A DNA stretch of 41,054 nt from Bacteroidota bacterium (GTDB lineage: Bacteria; Bacteroidota; Ignavibacteria; UBA10030; UBA6906): assembly GCA_041483995.1 (NCBI GenBank), contig JBGPGQ010000001.1, forward strand, positions 1-41,054. The letters are read 5' to 3'. This document shows, piece after piece, positions 11,398 through 19,457 of the stretch. The position numbers were made by a program, and so were the translations under genes. The notes below the pieces were generated by a model. That model was not told the DNA's origin. It saw nothing but the letters and a program-made list of their open reading frames with translations, and did no database searches. The first letter of the stretch is position 1. Each line of letters starts with the position of its first letter.

Positions 11398-13875
11398 CTA
11401 TTTTAACAACAACAATTTCCTGCTCGCGGCAAACGTGCCTGCCTGCATACGGCAAAAATATATCCCGCTTGCAATGGCGTTAGCCCGCCACTCGGCCGTG
11501 TATTTGCCGGCCGTTTTTGTTTCATTCACAAGCATGGCGACTTCCTGGCCGAGTACATCGTAGATCTTCACTGAGACGAAGCCCGGCTGCGGCAAGGTGT
11601 ACTCGATCATAGTGGTAGGATTAAAGGGATTCGGAAAGTTTTGTTTCAAGCTGTAAATGGTTGGCAGAGAAAAGGATGGGTTTACTTCAACACCCACGAT
11701 GATGGAGCCATCAAAATAGCCGATTACCCTTTGCATCACGGCCCTCCTTGTTGATGCAGAAGAGATTGCCTGGAAACCAAATCCGAAGAGGATAAGTTTG
11801 CCGCCCGAGCCAATGCTGTCAAGACGAACACCGGCAACTCCAAGCAGTGAGACTGTCCCGTAGCGCAGAATATCGTGGACACGTGGATTGTTGATACGCA
11901 GGCTGTCTCTTGATGTCTCAAGGGGTGGCGAAAAGGTCGAGAGCGTTGCGCCTGAAAAGAGATCGCCCGTCACTCCGCGCACAGTGACGATTGTGGAGTT
12001 GCCTGCGAACGATACCCCGATATATTCCGTAACGAAAGCGGACGAATTGTTCTTCTCTACAAAATTCTGCCCTGTTACAAAAAGATTACAGCCAGCGTTG
12101 ACGCAAGCGGTGAGGCTGTCCAATTCCGCATTCGTCAAAGTAACGCTGTCAACGCCGGTAAAATAGACCAGAGTATTTTTTTGTACTTCATTCGCTCGAC
12201 TCAATGGCGCTGGGCCTTGCCGATCTTGATCCCAGACGTAGTGAGTTAATCCGAGGCTGTCGAGTGCATTGGTGTAGAAATCAGAATAGTTACCGCTCCC
12301 GACCGGTGAAGTGATCATGATATCGGCAATGCCCGGGCGAAAGTTGATAGCGAGTCCTGCAGTGTCGAGCGTTAGAGGTGCAATTCTCATTTGGCGATAT
12401 GGAAATTGAGGACTGATTTCAAGCTTGTCATACCTTAGAACCGGGGGATAGGAAATGAACACGCTGTCCCAATTAAAATCTCCATTTCCATCAGTAATAT
12501 GGGTAAACAGGGCGGGTCCAATCGAAGTTGTAGAGAACAAAGTCAGTTTTGCAGAAATCGGCTGCAGGGTGATGGAGTCTCTTATTGTTCCGTGAACAGA
12601 ACAGAACGTAAGTTTTTGCAGAGAAAGGTTTTGATCAACAACAGAATCGAGGGAGAACGAGAGCTGTTGGCCGCTCGTGAAATATGGATATGCCTGAACA
12701 CTAACGGTTGGGGCAAGAGACGGGTCCCCCTCAAAATAATGAAAGCTGAACAGGCCCGACGAACCCGAAAGATTTACCGAATCACCCGTTGCAGTTATGC
12801 GAACAGTGCCGTTTCGTACAGTATCATTTGTTGTTGTATCGAGAACAGCGCCGCGAATCTCTGTTGTTGAGGTTGACCAGCGAAAGACCCCGCTCGATAG
12901 TGAACCCGAGATGCTCAACCAAAGAACGTTAGGATCCAGTGGATGGACCTTCAGACTCCACGAGTCTCCGCCTGCAGGATAACCAGCCCGTAACGTATCC
13001 CACGTTGTCCCGCCATCCGACGTTTTGAACACAGCGGGTCGTGGATCGGAAAACGCACCAGCATACACCGTATTGGGGTGGTTGTGGTCGATAGCCAAAG
13101 ACCATACTGAAATGCCTTGCAGGGAAGTTTTTGACCAGACCTCTCCACCGTCCGTTGTTTTCCAGACGCCCCAATCTGTGTTACCTCCGGAAAAGCCTGC
13201 TCCATAGGCGACCATTGGATTGACGGGGTTGATAACAATATCTGGTATTTCCGCTGTGCTGATCGACAGAACAATTCTCCAGGATGTCCCACCATCGGTT
13301 GACTTGGAGAGGTCGCCATTCCCGGTCGCTGCATAGAGAATGTTTGTGCTATCGGGGCGGACTGAGAGAGCACATAGCATTGATCCGGCTGTTCCACGCA
13401 AAAGCCAGGTTGTTCCACGGTTGGTACTTCTGTATACAGCGCCATCAGAAAAATTTCCCGCATACATTGTATCGGGATGCAGTGTGAGGAACGTTATACT
13501 TTCGCCGTCGATCCCGTAGTTGGGCAAAACAATATTCCACGTCAACCCGTAATCCGCACTTCTGCGCAGGCCGCCACCGAAAGCAGCGGAAAAAATCATT
13601 GTAGTGTCGGAAGGAGAAAGCAGGATTTGGCGAACGGGCCCGGAACCAATGTTACCACGGCCATTCCAGGTGACGCCCCTATTGTAAGAAACGTACAACG
13701 CCCCATCATTCCCCTGTGCGTAAACAGAGTTTGGATTCAGGGGATTTATTCCAACCGTATATGATGCGGAAGAGAATCTTTTTCTCCAAGCCGAGGTTTG
13801 CGAACGGGATGAACTAAGGGCGACACAAAACAGAAGTATGGAGTAACACAGGAGGCGAATACCGTTGGATCGCAT
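11398..13875 (-). CDS. Secreted BNR/Asp-box beta-propeller protein with T9SS C-terminal sorting domain
   Basis: The ORF extends to 13926. The ATG at 13875 gives a signal-peptide-like start, MRSNGIRLLCYSILLFCVALSSS. At least six Asp-box-like repeats are present (YNRGVTW, ADYGLTW, TNRGTTW, STDGGTSW, TTDGGEVW, TSDGGTTW). The C-terminus FPNPFNPTTMIEYTLP...KIYDVLGQEV...ASGIYFCRMQAG...LLLLK is a typical Por_Secre_tail. Confidence 0.88.
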   Translation of the reverse strand: MRSNGIRLLCYSILLFCVALSSSRSQTSAWRKRFSSASYTVGINPLNPNSVYAQGNDGALYVSYNRGVTWNGRGNIGSGPVRQILLSPSDTTMIFSAAFGGGLRRSADYGLTWNIVLPNYGIDGESITFLTLHPDTMYAGNFSDGAVYRSTNRGTTWLLRGTAGSMLCALSVRPDSTNILYAATGNGDLSKSTDGGTSWRIVLSISTAEIPDIVINPVNPMVAYGAGFSGGNTDWGVWKTTDGGEVWSKTSLQGISVWSLAIDHNHPNTVYAGAFSDPRPAVFKTSDGGTTWDTLRAGYPAGGDSWSLKVHPLDPNVLWLSISGSLSSGVFRWSTSTTEIRGAVLDTTTNDTVRNGTVRITATGDSVNLSGSSGLFSFHYFEGDPSLAPTVSVQAYPYFTSGQQLSFSLDSVVDQNLSLQKLTFCSVHGTIRDSITLQPISAKLTLFSTTSIGPALFTHITDGNGDFNWDSVFISYPPVLRYDKLEISPQFPYRQMRIAPLTLDTAGLAINFRPGIADIMITSPVGSGNYSDFYTNALDSLGLTHYVWDQDRQGPAPLSRANEVQKNTLVYFTGVDSVTLTNAELDSLTACVNAGCNLFVTGQNFVEKNNSSAFVTEYIGVSFAGNSTIVTVRGVTGDLFSGATLSTFSPPLETSRDSLRINNPRVHDILRYGTVSLLGVAGVRLDSIGSGGKLILFGFGFQAISSASTRRAVMQRVIGYFDGSIIVGVEVNPSFSLPTIYSLKQNFPNPFNPTTMIEYTLPQPGFVSVKIYDVLGQEVAMLVNETKTAGKYTAEWRANAIASGIYFCRMQAGTFAASRKLLLLK

Positions 13876-13995
13876 TGCAGTTTCTCCACTTTGATTTCCA
13901 TCGAGCGAGCAACAGAAACGTAGCATGAAAGGAGAAGAAAGTCAACCGTTGGCATACGAAGGGGTCGTAAGCACAACCCGAAACGTTAGCAGATC

Positions 13996-16164
13996 TTAGA
14001 GCATTCCGCTCCGCTTGCGGATAAACCATTCCATGCCAAAGAGCAGTACAATGCACGCCAGAGTGTATTGCCAGTTCCAGATCTCGTAGGCTGTTGCGCG
14101 TCGGATGTCACGAGCTTTGAAGGATTGCAATGAAGCTATATCTGTTACAAGTTCTTTGATATTCTCGGGTGAGTAGTACTTGCCGCTTGTCCGGAAGGCA
14201 AGTTCGCGGAGAAGAGAGGTGTTCATTCTTGGGTCCTGAAATTCGAGATTGAGTTCCCCCACGGTGAACCGCCCCTGATCTTCACCCAAAGGCTGCCCAT
14301 CTGCTTGCGCGGCGGTGCGAAATGTATAATCGCCTTCGCTGAGACCGTCGATCTTTCCCTCGTACCGGCCGTTACCAATTTGTGTCAGCGTCGTTTCAAA
14401 TTCCTTCCCTTCTTGCTGTGCGGTAACACGCACTTGTGCGTTATCGACCGGGTTCGCGCTTGCATCGTACACCTGGGCAGTGAATTCAACCGGCTCACCC
14501 TGCGTGTACAATTCTTTCGTTGTCGATCCCTTGACAGGCCTGTTGTCTTCGTGCGTTGTCAGCCAGCGAATGCTGTTGCTGAGAAAGATCGAAAGGAGTT
14601 TTTCGGTCTCGGGTGTTCCCCGCGCCATAAGGCGCCAGCGCCAGATGCCGTAGCCAAGGACCGCGAGAGATTTCTGGCGATTGACGTTTCGGAATGCGAC
14701 CAACGGCTCCTGGAGAGGGACATTGAGAATTCTTACGAAGCCAAGAGTGGTCGCTTCGGTTTTTGCCCTGTAGCTCGTTTGGGTCTTGAAGATCGGGGGT
14801 AGCTTGTTCCAGGCTGCTGCGTCCTCTCCGGCCCCGGTGTTAAGAATAGGGTGTTTTTTCTGCGCGTCGGCAGGCTGGAAGAATACATACTGTTCAACCG
14901 TTGACCGCTGTGACGCTTGAACAAAAGGAAGAACGGAGTTGAGCGCCTGGAGTTTGCTTTCGTCAACGGCTTTTCCATTGATGAACAACAGGGGCTTGTT
15001 TTTTTGAACAACAGCAACGCGAACGAGGTCAAGTACGGTGCTCGTCGTTTGAGACGTGGGAAACCCGATAAGTACAACGCAGTCTGCAGAATCGAGCGAT
15101 GCACTTGTGAGCGTTCCTTCATAAAAGCCGGAGGGCTGTCGCTGCGTGAAGGAACGAACATCAAGATTTTTGTCTTCTATAAGTGTTTGTTTCACGATGG
15201 ACAAGTCGGGGCCAGGCGCACCCGCAATCATGATGACGCGCAGTTTGGATTTGAGTACCTTCGCGAAGAATGTTTTTCGGTTGTTGGTGAGAGTCAATTC
15301 TCCACCCAGAGTAGAGACTTTCACCAGGTACTTTTTTGTTCCCTCACCTTGCGGTACATAAGAGAGGCGGACCGGGTATTCCCGAGTTCCTTCGCCAAGG
15401 ACCAGTGACGCACGGCTCAATTCCCTGGTTCCCTCCGAAAGGGTAACCTCAACGCGCTGCCCATTAAAACCTGAACCCTTTACGGTAACATCGACGGGCA
15501 CTTCGCTTTCACTAAACACAAGATCGTTGGTAGACACCTTCGTAACAAGAATATCTTTCTGCTCTGACGAATCGCCGATGCCAACGGTGTAGAGAGGCAG
15601 GCCAAGCAGTTCAGCCTCGTAGACAGGGTTTTGTCCGAGGTTGTAGCTCCCATCCGTGAGCAATAGCGCGGCGGTGATGTTTTGTCCCCCTTTTTCCTCG
15701 GCGAGCGCAAGCAGTGCAGCGGAAATGTCAGTTGCATCTTCAGACAACGAGAGAGAGTCCTTGGTAAGAATATCTACATGCTTCGGTTTAATGCCGAAAG
15801 TATAGTAGCGCAGCGCTCCAGTCCGAGCGATCGCTTGCAACGCCTCGCTGCCAATGAGAGACGTCAACTGTTCCGCCCGGTCACCCACTTTGTCTTTGAT
15901 TTGCATGCTCTTGCTGTTATCAACGAGTACCGCAAGGGTTGGACGCTGCACAGAAGAAACGACAAGGTGCAGAAGTGGCTCAAACAGAAGTATAAGCACA
16001 AGCGATAAGGCAGCGGCGCGTAGGATTGTCAGAAGAATTCTTTTCCCGCGTGGAATGGGAGGAAGGGTGTATCGATAAAACAACGCGGCGGTCGCGGAAG
16101 CAACGATAAGAAGGATGATGATAACAGCGGTCGAAGTATTGAAACCGAGCTGAATACTTGGCAT
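13996..16164 (-). CDS. BatA-like membrane protein with VWA domain
   Basis: 722 aa. N-terminal double-TM segment (aerotolerance-regulator N-terminal type), an intact MIDAS motif VDNSKSM (DxSxS) plus LLLTDGS, a central flavodoxin/GATase1-like stretch (RVIMIAGAPGPD...), an Ig-like segment and a C-terminal TM anchor (YTLACIVLLFGMEWFIRKR). It lies immediately downstream of MoxR. Confidence 0.8.
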   Translation of the reverse strand: MPSIQLGFNTSTAVIIILLIVASATAALFYRYTLPPIPRGKRILLTILRAAALSLVLILLFEPLLHLVVSSVQRPTLAVLVDNSKSMQIKDKVGDRAEQLTSLIGSEALQAIARTGALRYYTFGIKPKHVDILTKDSLSLSEDATDISAALLALAEEKGGQNITAALLLTDGSYNLGQNPVYEAELLGLPLYTVGIGDSSEQKDILVTKVSTNDLVFSESEVPVDVTVKGSGFNGQRVEVTLSEGTRELSRASLVLGEGTREYPVRLSYVPQGEGTKKYLVKVSTLGGELTLTNNRKTFFAKVLKSKLRVIMIAGAPGPDLSIVKQTLIEDKNLDVRSFTQRQPSGFYEGTLTSASLDSADCVVLIGFPTSQTTSTVLDLVRVAVVQKNKPLLFINGKAVDESKLQALNSVLPFVQASQRSTVEQYVFFQPADAQKKHPILNTGAGEDAAAWNKLPPIFKTQTSYRAKTEATTLGFVRILNVPLQEPLVAFRNVNRQKSLAVLGYGIWRWRLMARGTPETEKLLSIFLSNSIRWLTTHEDNRPVKGSTTKELYTQGEPVEFTAQVYDASANPVDNAQVRVTAQQEGKEFETTLTQIGNGRYEGKIDGLSEGDYTFRTAAQADGQPLGEDQGRFTVGELNLEFQDPRMNTSLLRELAFRTSGKYYSPENIKELVTDIASLQSFKARDIRRATAYEIWNWQYTLACIVLLFGMEWFIRKRSGML

Positions 16165-16234
16165 GAATATGTATGCGGATTTCAGATCGTCGGGAGTAGG
16201 CGAAAAATGACCTTACACCTTCAAACCGGAAATC

Positions 16235-17308
16235 CTACGTTGTCTCCTTCACCAACCGTGCGACAATATCGATTGTCGAAACGCCATCAGCCTCAGCGTT
16301 GAAATTTGGAACGATTCTATGTCTCAAGACCGGGCCTGCCATGTGCTGCACGTCTTCAATGTCGGGTGTATGGCGTCCCGCAAGAATGGCGCGCGTCTTG
16401 GCGCCAAGAATCAAGTATTGTGAAGCACGAGGTCCCGCTCCCCAACTTAACCAGTCTTTAATGAACTGGGGGGACTGTTCGGCTCTTGGTCGCGAGCGTG
16501 TTGCAAGACGTACCGCAAATTCGATGACATTGTCAGCCACGGGAACACGGCGTACAAGATTTTGGTATGAGATGATCTGATCGCCGGTAAGTACATGGCC
16601 CACCGATGGAGTATGCTGGCTTGTAGTCGACTTGACGATCTGTACTTCCTCGCTGAACTGTGGATAGTCAAGCCAGAGATTGAACATGAAACGGTCCAAT
16701 TGGGCTTCCGGAAGCGGATAGGTTCCTTCCTGCTCAATAGGATTCTGTGTTGCCAATACGAAAAACGGCTCCTGCAGCGTGTACGTTTGTCCTGCAGCAG
16801 TCACGCGATGCTCCTGCATCGCCTCCAGCAGGGCGGCCTGTGTCTTCGGTGGCGTCCTGTTAATCTCATCAGCCAAAACGATGTTTGCAAAGACCGGTCC
16901 CTGGATGAACTTAAATGACTTTGTTCCGGTCGAAGTGTTTTCTTCGATAATCTCTGTTCCGGTAATGTCGCTCGGCATAAGATCCGGAGTAAATTGTATC
17001 CGATTGAACTTGAGATCAAGCACCTGCGCCAGTGTCCGTATCAACAGTGTCTTCGCGAGTCCCGGCACACCGACAAGCAGGCAGTGTCCCCGCGCAAGCA
17101 GTGCGATCAGTAATTGTTCAACAATCGTATCCTGCCCCACGATGACCTTTGCGATTTCTTTGCGCAGGGAGTCATACGATTCCTGTAACTGCTGAGCCGC
17201 ATCAACATCACCAAGCTTTTCTACGATTGTGGGTTTTCCCAACGTTTCTGATCTCCATCTCAATGGTACACGTGAATTGCAAACTCTGTTTACAGCCGAG
17301 ATTGCCAA
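16235..17308 (-). CDS. MoxR-family AAA+ ATPase
   Basis: 357 aa. Walker A GVPGLAKT, Walker B VLADEINR, and a typical MoxR AAA_3 core (RIQFTPDLMPSDITG). There is no in-frame ATG before the Walker A. The ORF-track start at 17308 is TTG, and another in-frame TTG lies at 17242. Confidence 0.92.
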   Translation of the reverse strand: MAISAVNRVCNSRVPLRWRSETLGKPTIVEKLGDVDAAQQLQESYDSLRKEIAKVIVGQDTIVEQLLIALLARGHCLLVGVPGLAKTLLIRTLAQVLDLKFNRIQFTPDLMPSDITGTEIIEENTSTGTKSFKFIQGPVFANIVLADEINRTPPKTQAALLEAMQEHRVTAAGQTYTLQEPFFVLATQNPIEQEGTYPLPEAQLDRFMFNLWLDYPQFSEEVQIVKSTTSQHTPSVGHVLTGDQIISYQNLVRRVPVADNVIEFAVRLATRSRPRAEQSPQFIKDWLSWGAGPRASQYLILGAKTRAILAGRHTPDIEDVQHMAGPVLRHRIVPNFNAEADGVSTIDIVARLVKETT

Positions 17309-18573
17309 TAAATCTTACTTTTCAACTCTTGCAGCCACGCCGCGTATTCCCTGCTCCGTTTGTAGTTGAGCGCAATTGTTTCAATGCGTTGATAATCTTG
17401 CTCAAGCGAAACCGGGTGGGCGGGTATACGTTTTTTCATCAAGATAACATGGTAGCCATAGGTATTTCCCACAGTAAGACGCACAGGCTCGCTGATCTCC
17501 GTAGTCTTCAGTGGTGAAACAGTAGGGTACCAATCTTTATCGAGCTGCTCAAGCTCCAGAGTTCCAAGGTTGCCGCCAACAGGAGCGGACTCCGGGTCCT
17601 CGGAATACTTCTTTGCAAGCTCTGTAAAGCTCTCACCGGCGAGTACACGTGCTCGCAATGAAGAAAGGAATGCGATTACCGAATCATCGCTTGCCTTGGT
17701 GCGTTCGATTCGAACAAGAATGTGACGCGGATGCACGGCATCTCCGCGGCGCTCGATGAGCTGAATAATGTGAAGACCGAAGTCCGTTTCTACCATGCCA
17801 GATACCTGCCCATCAGAGAGGGCAAACACCGCCGTTTCAAATTCCTTTACGAACTGCCCTCGCCGTACGAGTCCAAGATCACCCCCCTGCTTGGCAGAGC
17901 CGGGGTCTTCCGAGTGTTGTTTTGCCAATTCGCCGAAGTCCACACCAGCCTTGATGCTGTCCAGCAGCGACTGTAGTTTTGCGCGAGCGGCCTCCCTCGC
18001 ATTTTGATCGAACTTTGGCTTGAAGAGAATATGCGCCAGCTCAACTTCCTCGGGGACATTGCCGACACTATCTTTGTACGTTTGGTAAAATTGTTCTACT
18101 TCGAGCCGACCGATTTGCGCATTGCCGAACCGCAACTGCTGAATCCTTTGCGCAAGAAGGTTGTTTCTCATCTCTTGCCGGAACTCTCGCTTAATCCGTG
18201 CCAAGGGCATGCCGTAGAGTTCTTCCAGACGCGATTCCGATCCAACCTGCTGGACGCGCTGTTTGATTACAGCTTCGAGCTGCTCCTGTACTTCTTCATC
18301 GGTCACCGTGATACTGTCTTCAACAGCCTTGGCAACGATGAGTTTTTCATTGATCATCGATTGCAAGGTTTGCTCTTTCAGTCCCGGAGTATTGGGATCG
18401 ACTTTGTTATTAAGGACGAAGAACTGAACTTGTGCATTCAACTCCGATTCAAGAATAAGGTCATCACCAACAACCGCGACGACACGGTCTAATATCTGTG
18501 CCGGTGCAACTGCGATCGTAAGGAAACTGAGCGCAACTATCGCCAACACGCTCTTCTTGCAGGCATATTTCAT
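17290..18573 (-). CDS. surA: SurA-like periplasmic chaperone / PpiC-type peptidyl-prolyl isomerase (two parvulin domains)
   Basis: 427 aa. Signal peptide ending AVAPAQ, SurA N-domain start LDRVVAVVGDDLILESEL, and two parvulin domains (HILFKP...GGDLGLVRRGQFVKEFE...FGLHIIQL and RHILVRI...GGNLGTLE...YGYHVILM). Confidence 0.85.
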   Translation of the reverse strand: MKYACKKSVLAIVALSFLTIAVAPAQILDRVVAVVGDDLILESELNAQVQFFVLNNKVDPNTPGLKEQTLQSMINEKLIVAKAVEDSITVTDEEVQEQLEAVIKQRVQQVGSESRLEELYGMPLARIKREFRQEMRNNLLAQRIQQLRFGNAQIGRLEVEQFYQTYKDSVGNVPEEVELAHILFKPKFDQNAREAARAKLQSLLDSIKAGVDFGELAKQHSEDPGSAKQGGDLGLVRRGQFVKEFETAVFALSDGQVSGMVETDFGLHIIQLIERRGDAVHPRHILVRIERTKASDDSVIAFLSSLRARVLAGESFTELAKKYSEDPESAPVGGNLGTLELEQLDKDWYPTVSPLKTTEISEPVRLTVGNTYGYHVILMKKRIPAHPVSLEQDYQRIETIALNYKRSREYAAWLQELKSKIYWQSRL

Positions 18574-18575
18574 CG

Positions 18576-19457
18576 CTATTCCTTTACCGAAGCGCTTGTA
18601 TCAGAAAGATCGATACGGACTTCTACAGAGTGATGAGCCCGGAGATTTGCTAGCAGTTTTTCGTATGCCAATCTTCGTTGGTCGATCATAACCCGATCAC
18701 GCAACTCGTTCTTGATATAATTGAGATCCGGCATTTCACCCTGTTTTTTTAGGCCGTGCAGTAACAGGACAAAATAGCCGGTGTCGGTCTTGAGTACGAA
18801 CGATACCTCGTTTACTTGTAACGTGCGGGCTAGCTTCCAGAGTTCCGCCGGATAGAGGAGGGGTTCAGTAAAATACTGACGACTGGCCACCTGGAGAAGC
18901 TGCTGCGCCAGAAGGGAATCGTGTTGAAACTGGACAAGGGCAGTCTCCCATGACGCACCCTCAAGTATTTTTGATCGGAATGAATTTGCTGCGTCGCGCT
19001 CACTGAAAAGGGCATAGCTGAGGTTCAGAACATCTTCTTTAAGAAAAAAGGCCCGACCACCGGCATTGTACAGGCTCACAATGGCATCCTCATTCACGAA
19101 AGATGTATCAGCGCCGTACAGTTCTTTTTGTAACAACGCATCAATGGCAAGGTGCTTTCGTATCGCCTCAAGTTTCCGATGCAGTTCATCCGAATCTGAC
19201 AATCCTCGCTTGACGGCTTCCTGATACAACAATTCGTCGGTGATCCAGTTGTTGATATACTCACGATTTTGGTGTGAGATATCGCCGACGGAGTCATGTG
19301 AAGCCGAGAGTTCTTCTTGTGTGAGCAATGCCTGGTCGACACGGGCGACATAAAGCTTTTGGTTCTCCTGCTTGGTACATGTGCCGGAAGTCAGCGTCAC
19401 CAGCACACACACGAGCAATCCCGCTGTCTGGCGCCCCCTTTTATTTGGAAGAAACAA
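18576..19457 (-). CDS. SurA-N/parvulin-like chaperone with a degenerate PPIase domain (probable lipoprotein)
   Basis: 293 aa. The N-terminus KRGRQTAGLLVCVLVTLTSGTC is signal/lipoprotein-like. The C-terminal parvulin-like strand TDTGYFVLLLHG lacks the usual GxH. The start at 19457 is TTG and overlaps the upstream gene's stop by 17 nt. A 2-nt gap separates it from surA. Confidence 0.7.
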   Translation of the reverse strand: MFLPNKRGRQTAGLLVCVLVTLTSGTCTKQENQKLYVARVDQALLTQEELSASHDSVGDISHQNREYINNWITDELLYQEAVKRGLSDSDELHRKLEAIRKHLAIDALLQKELYGADTSFVNEDAIVSLYNAGGRAFFLKEDVLNLSYALFSERDAANSFRSKILEGASWETALVQFQHDSLLAQQLLQVASRQYFTEPLLYPAELWKLARTLQVNEVSFVLKTDTGYFVLLLHGLKKQGEMPDLNYIKNELRDRVMIDQRRLAYEKLLANLRAHHSVEVRIDLSDTSASVKE

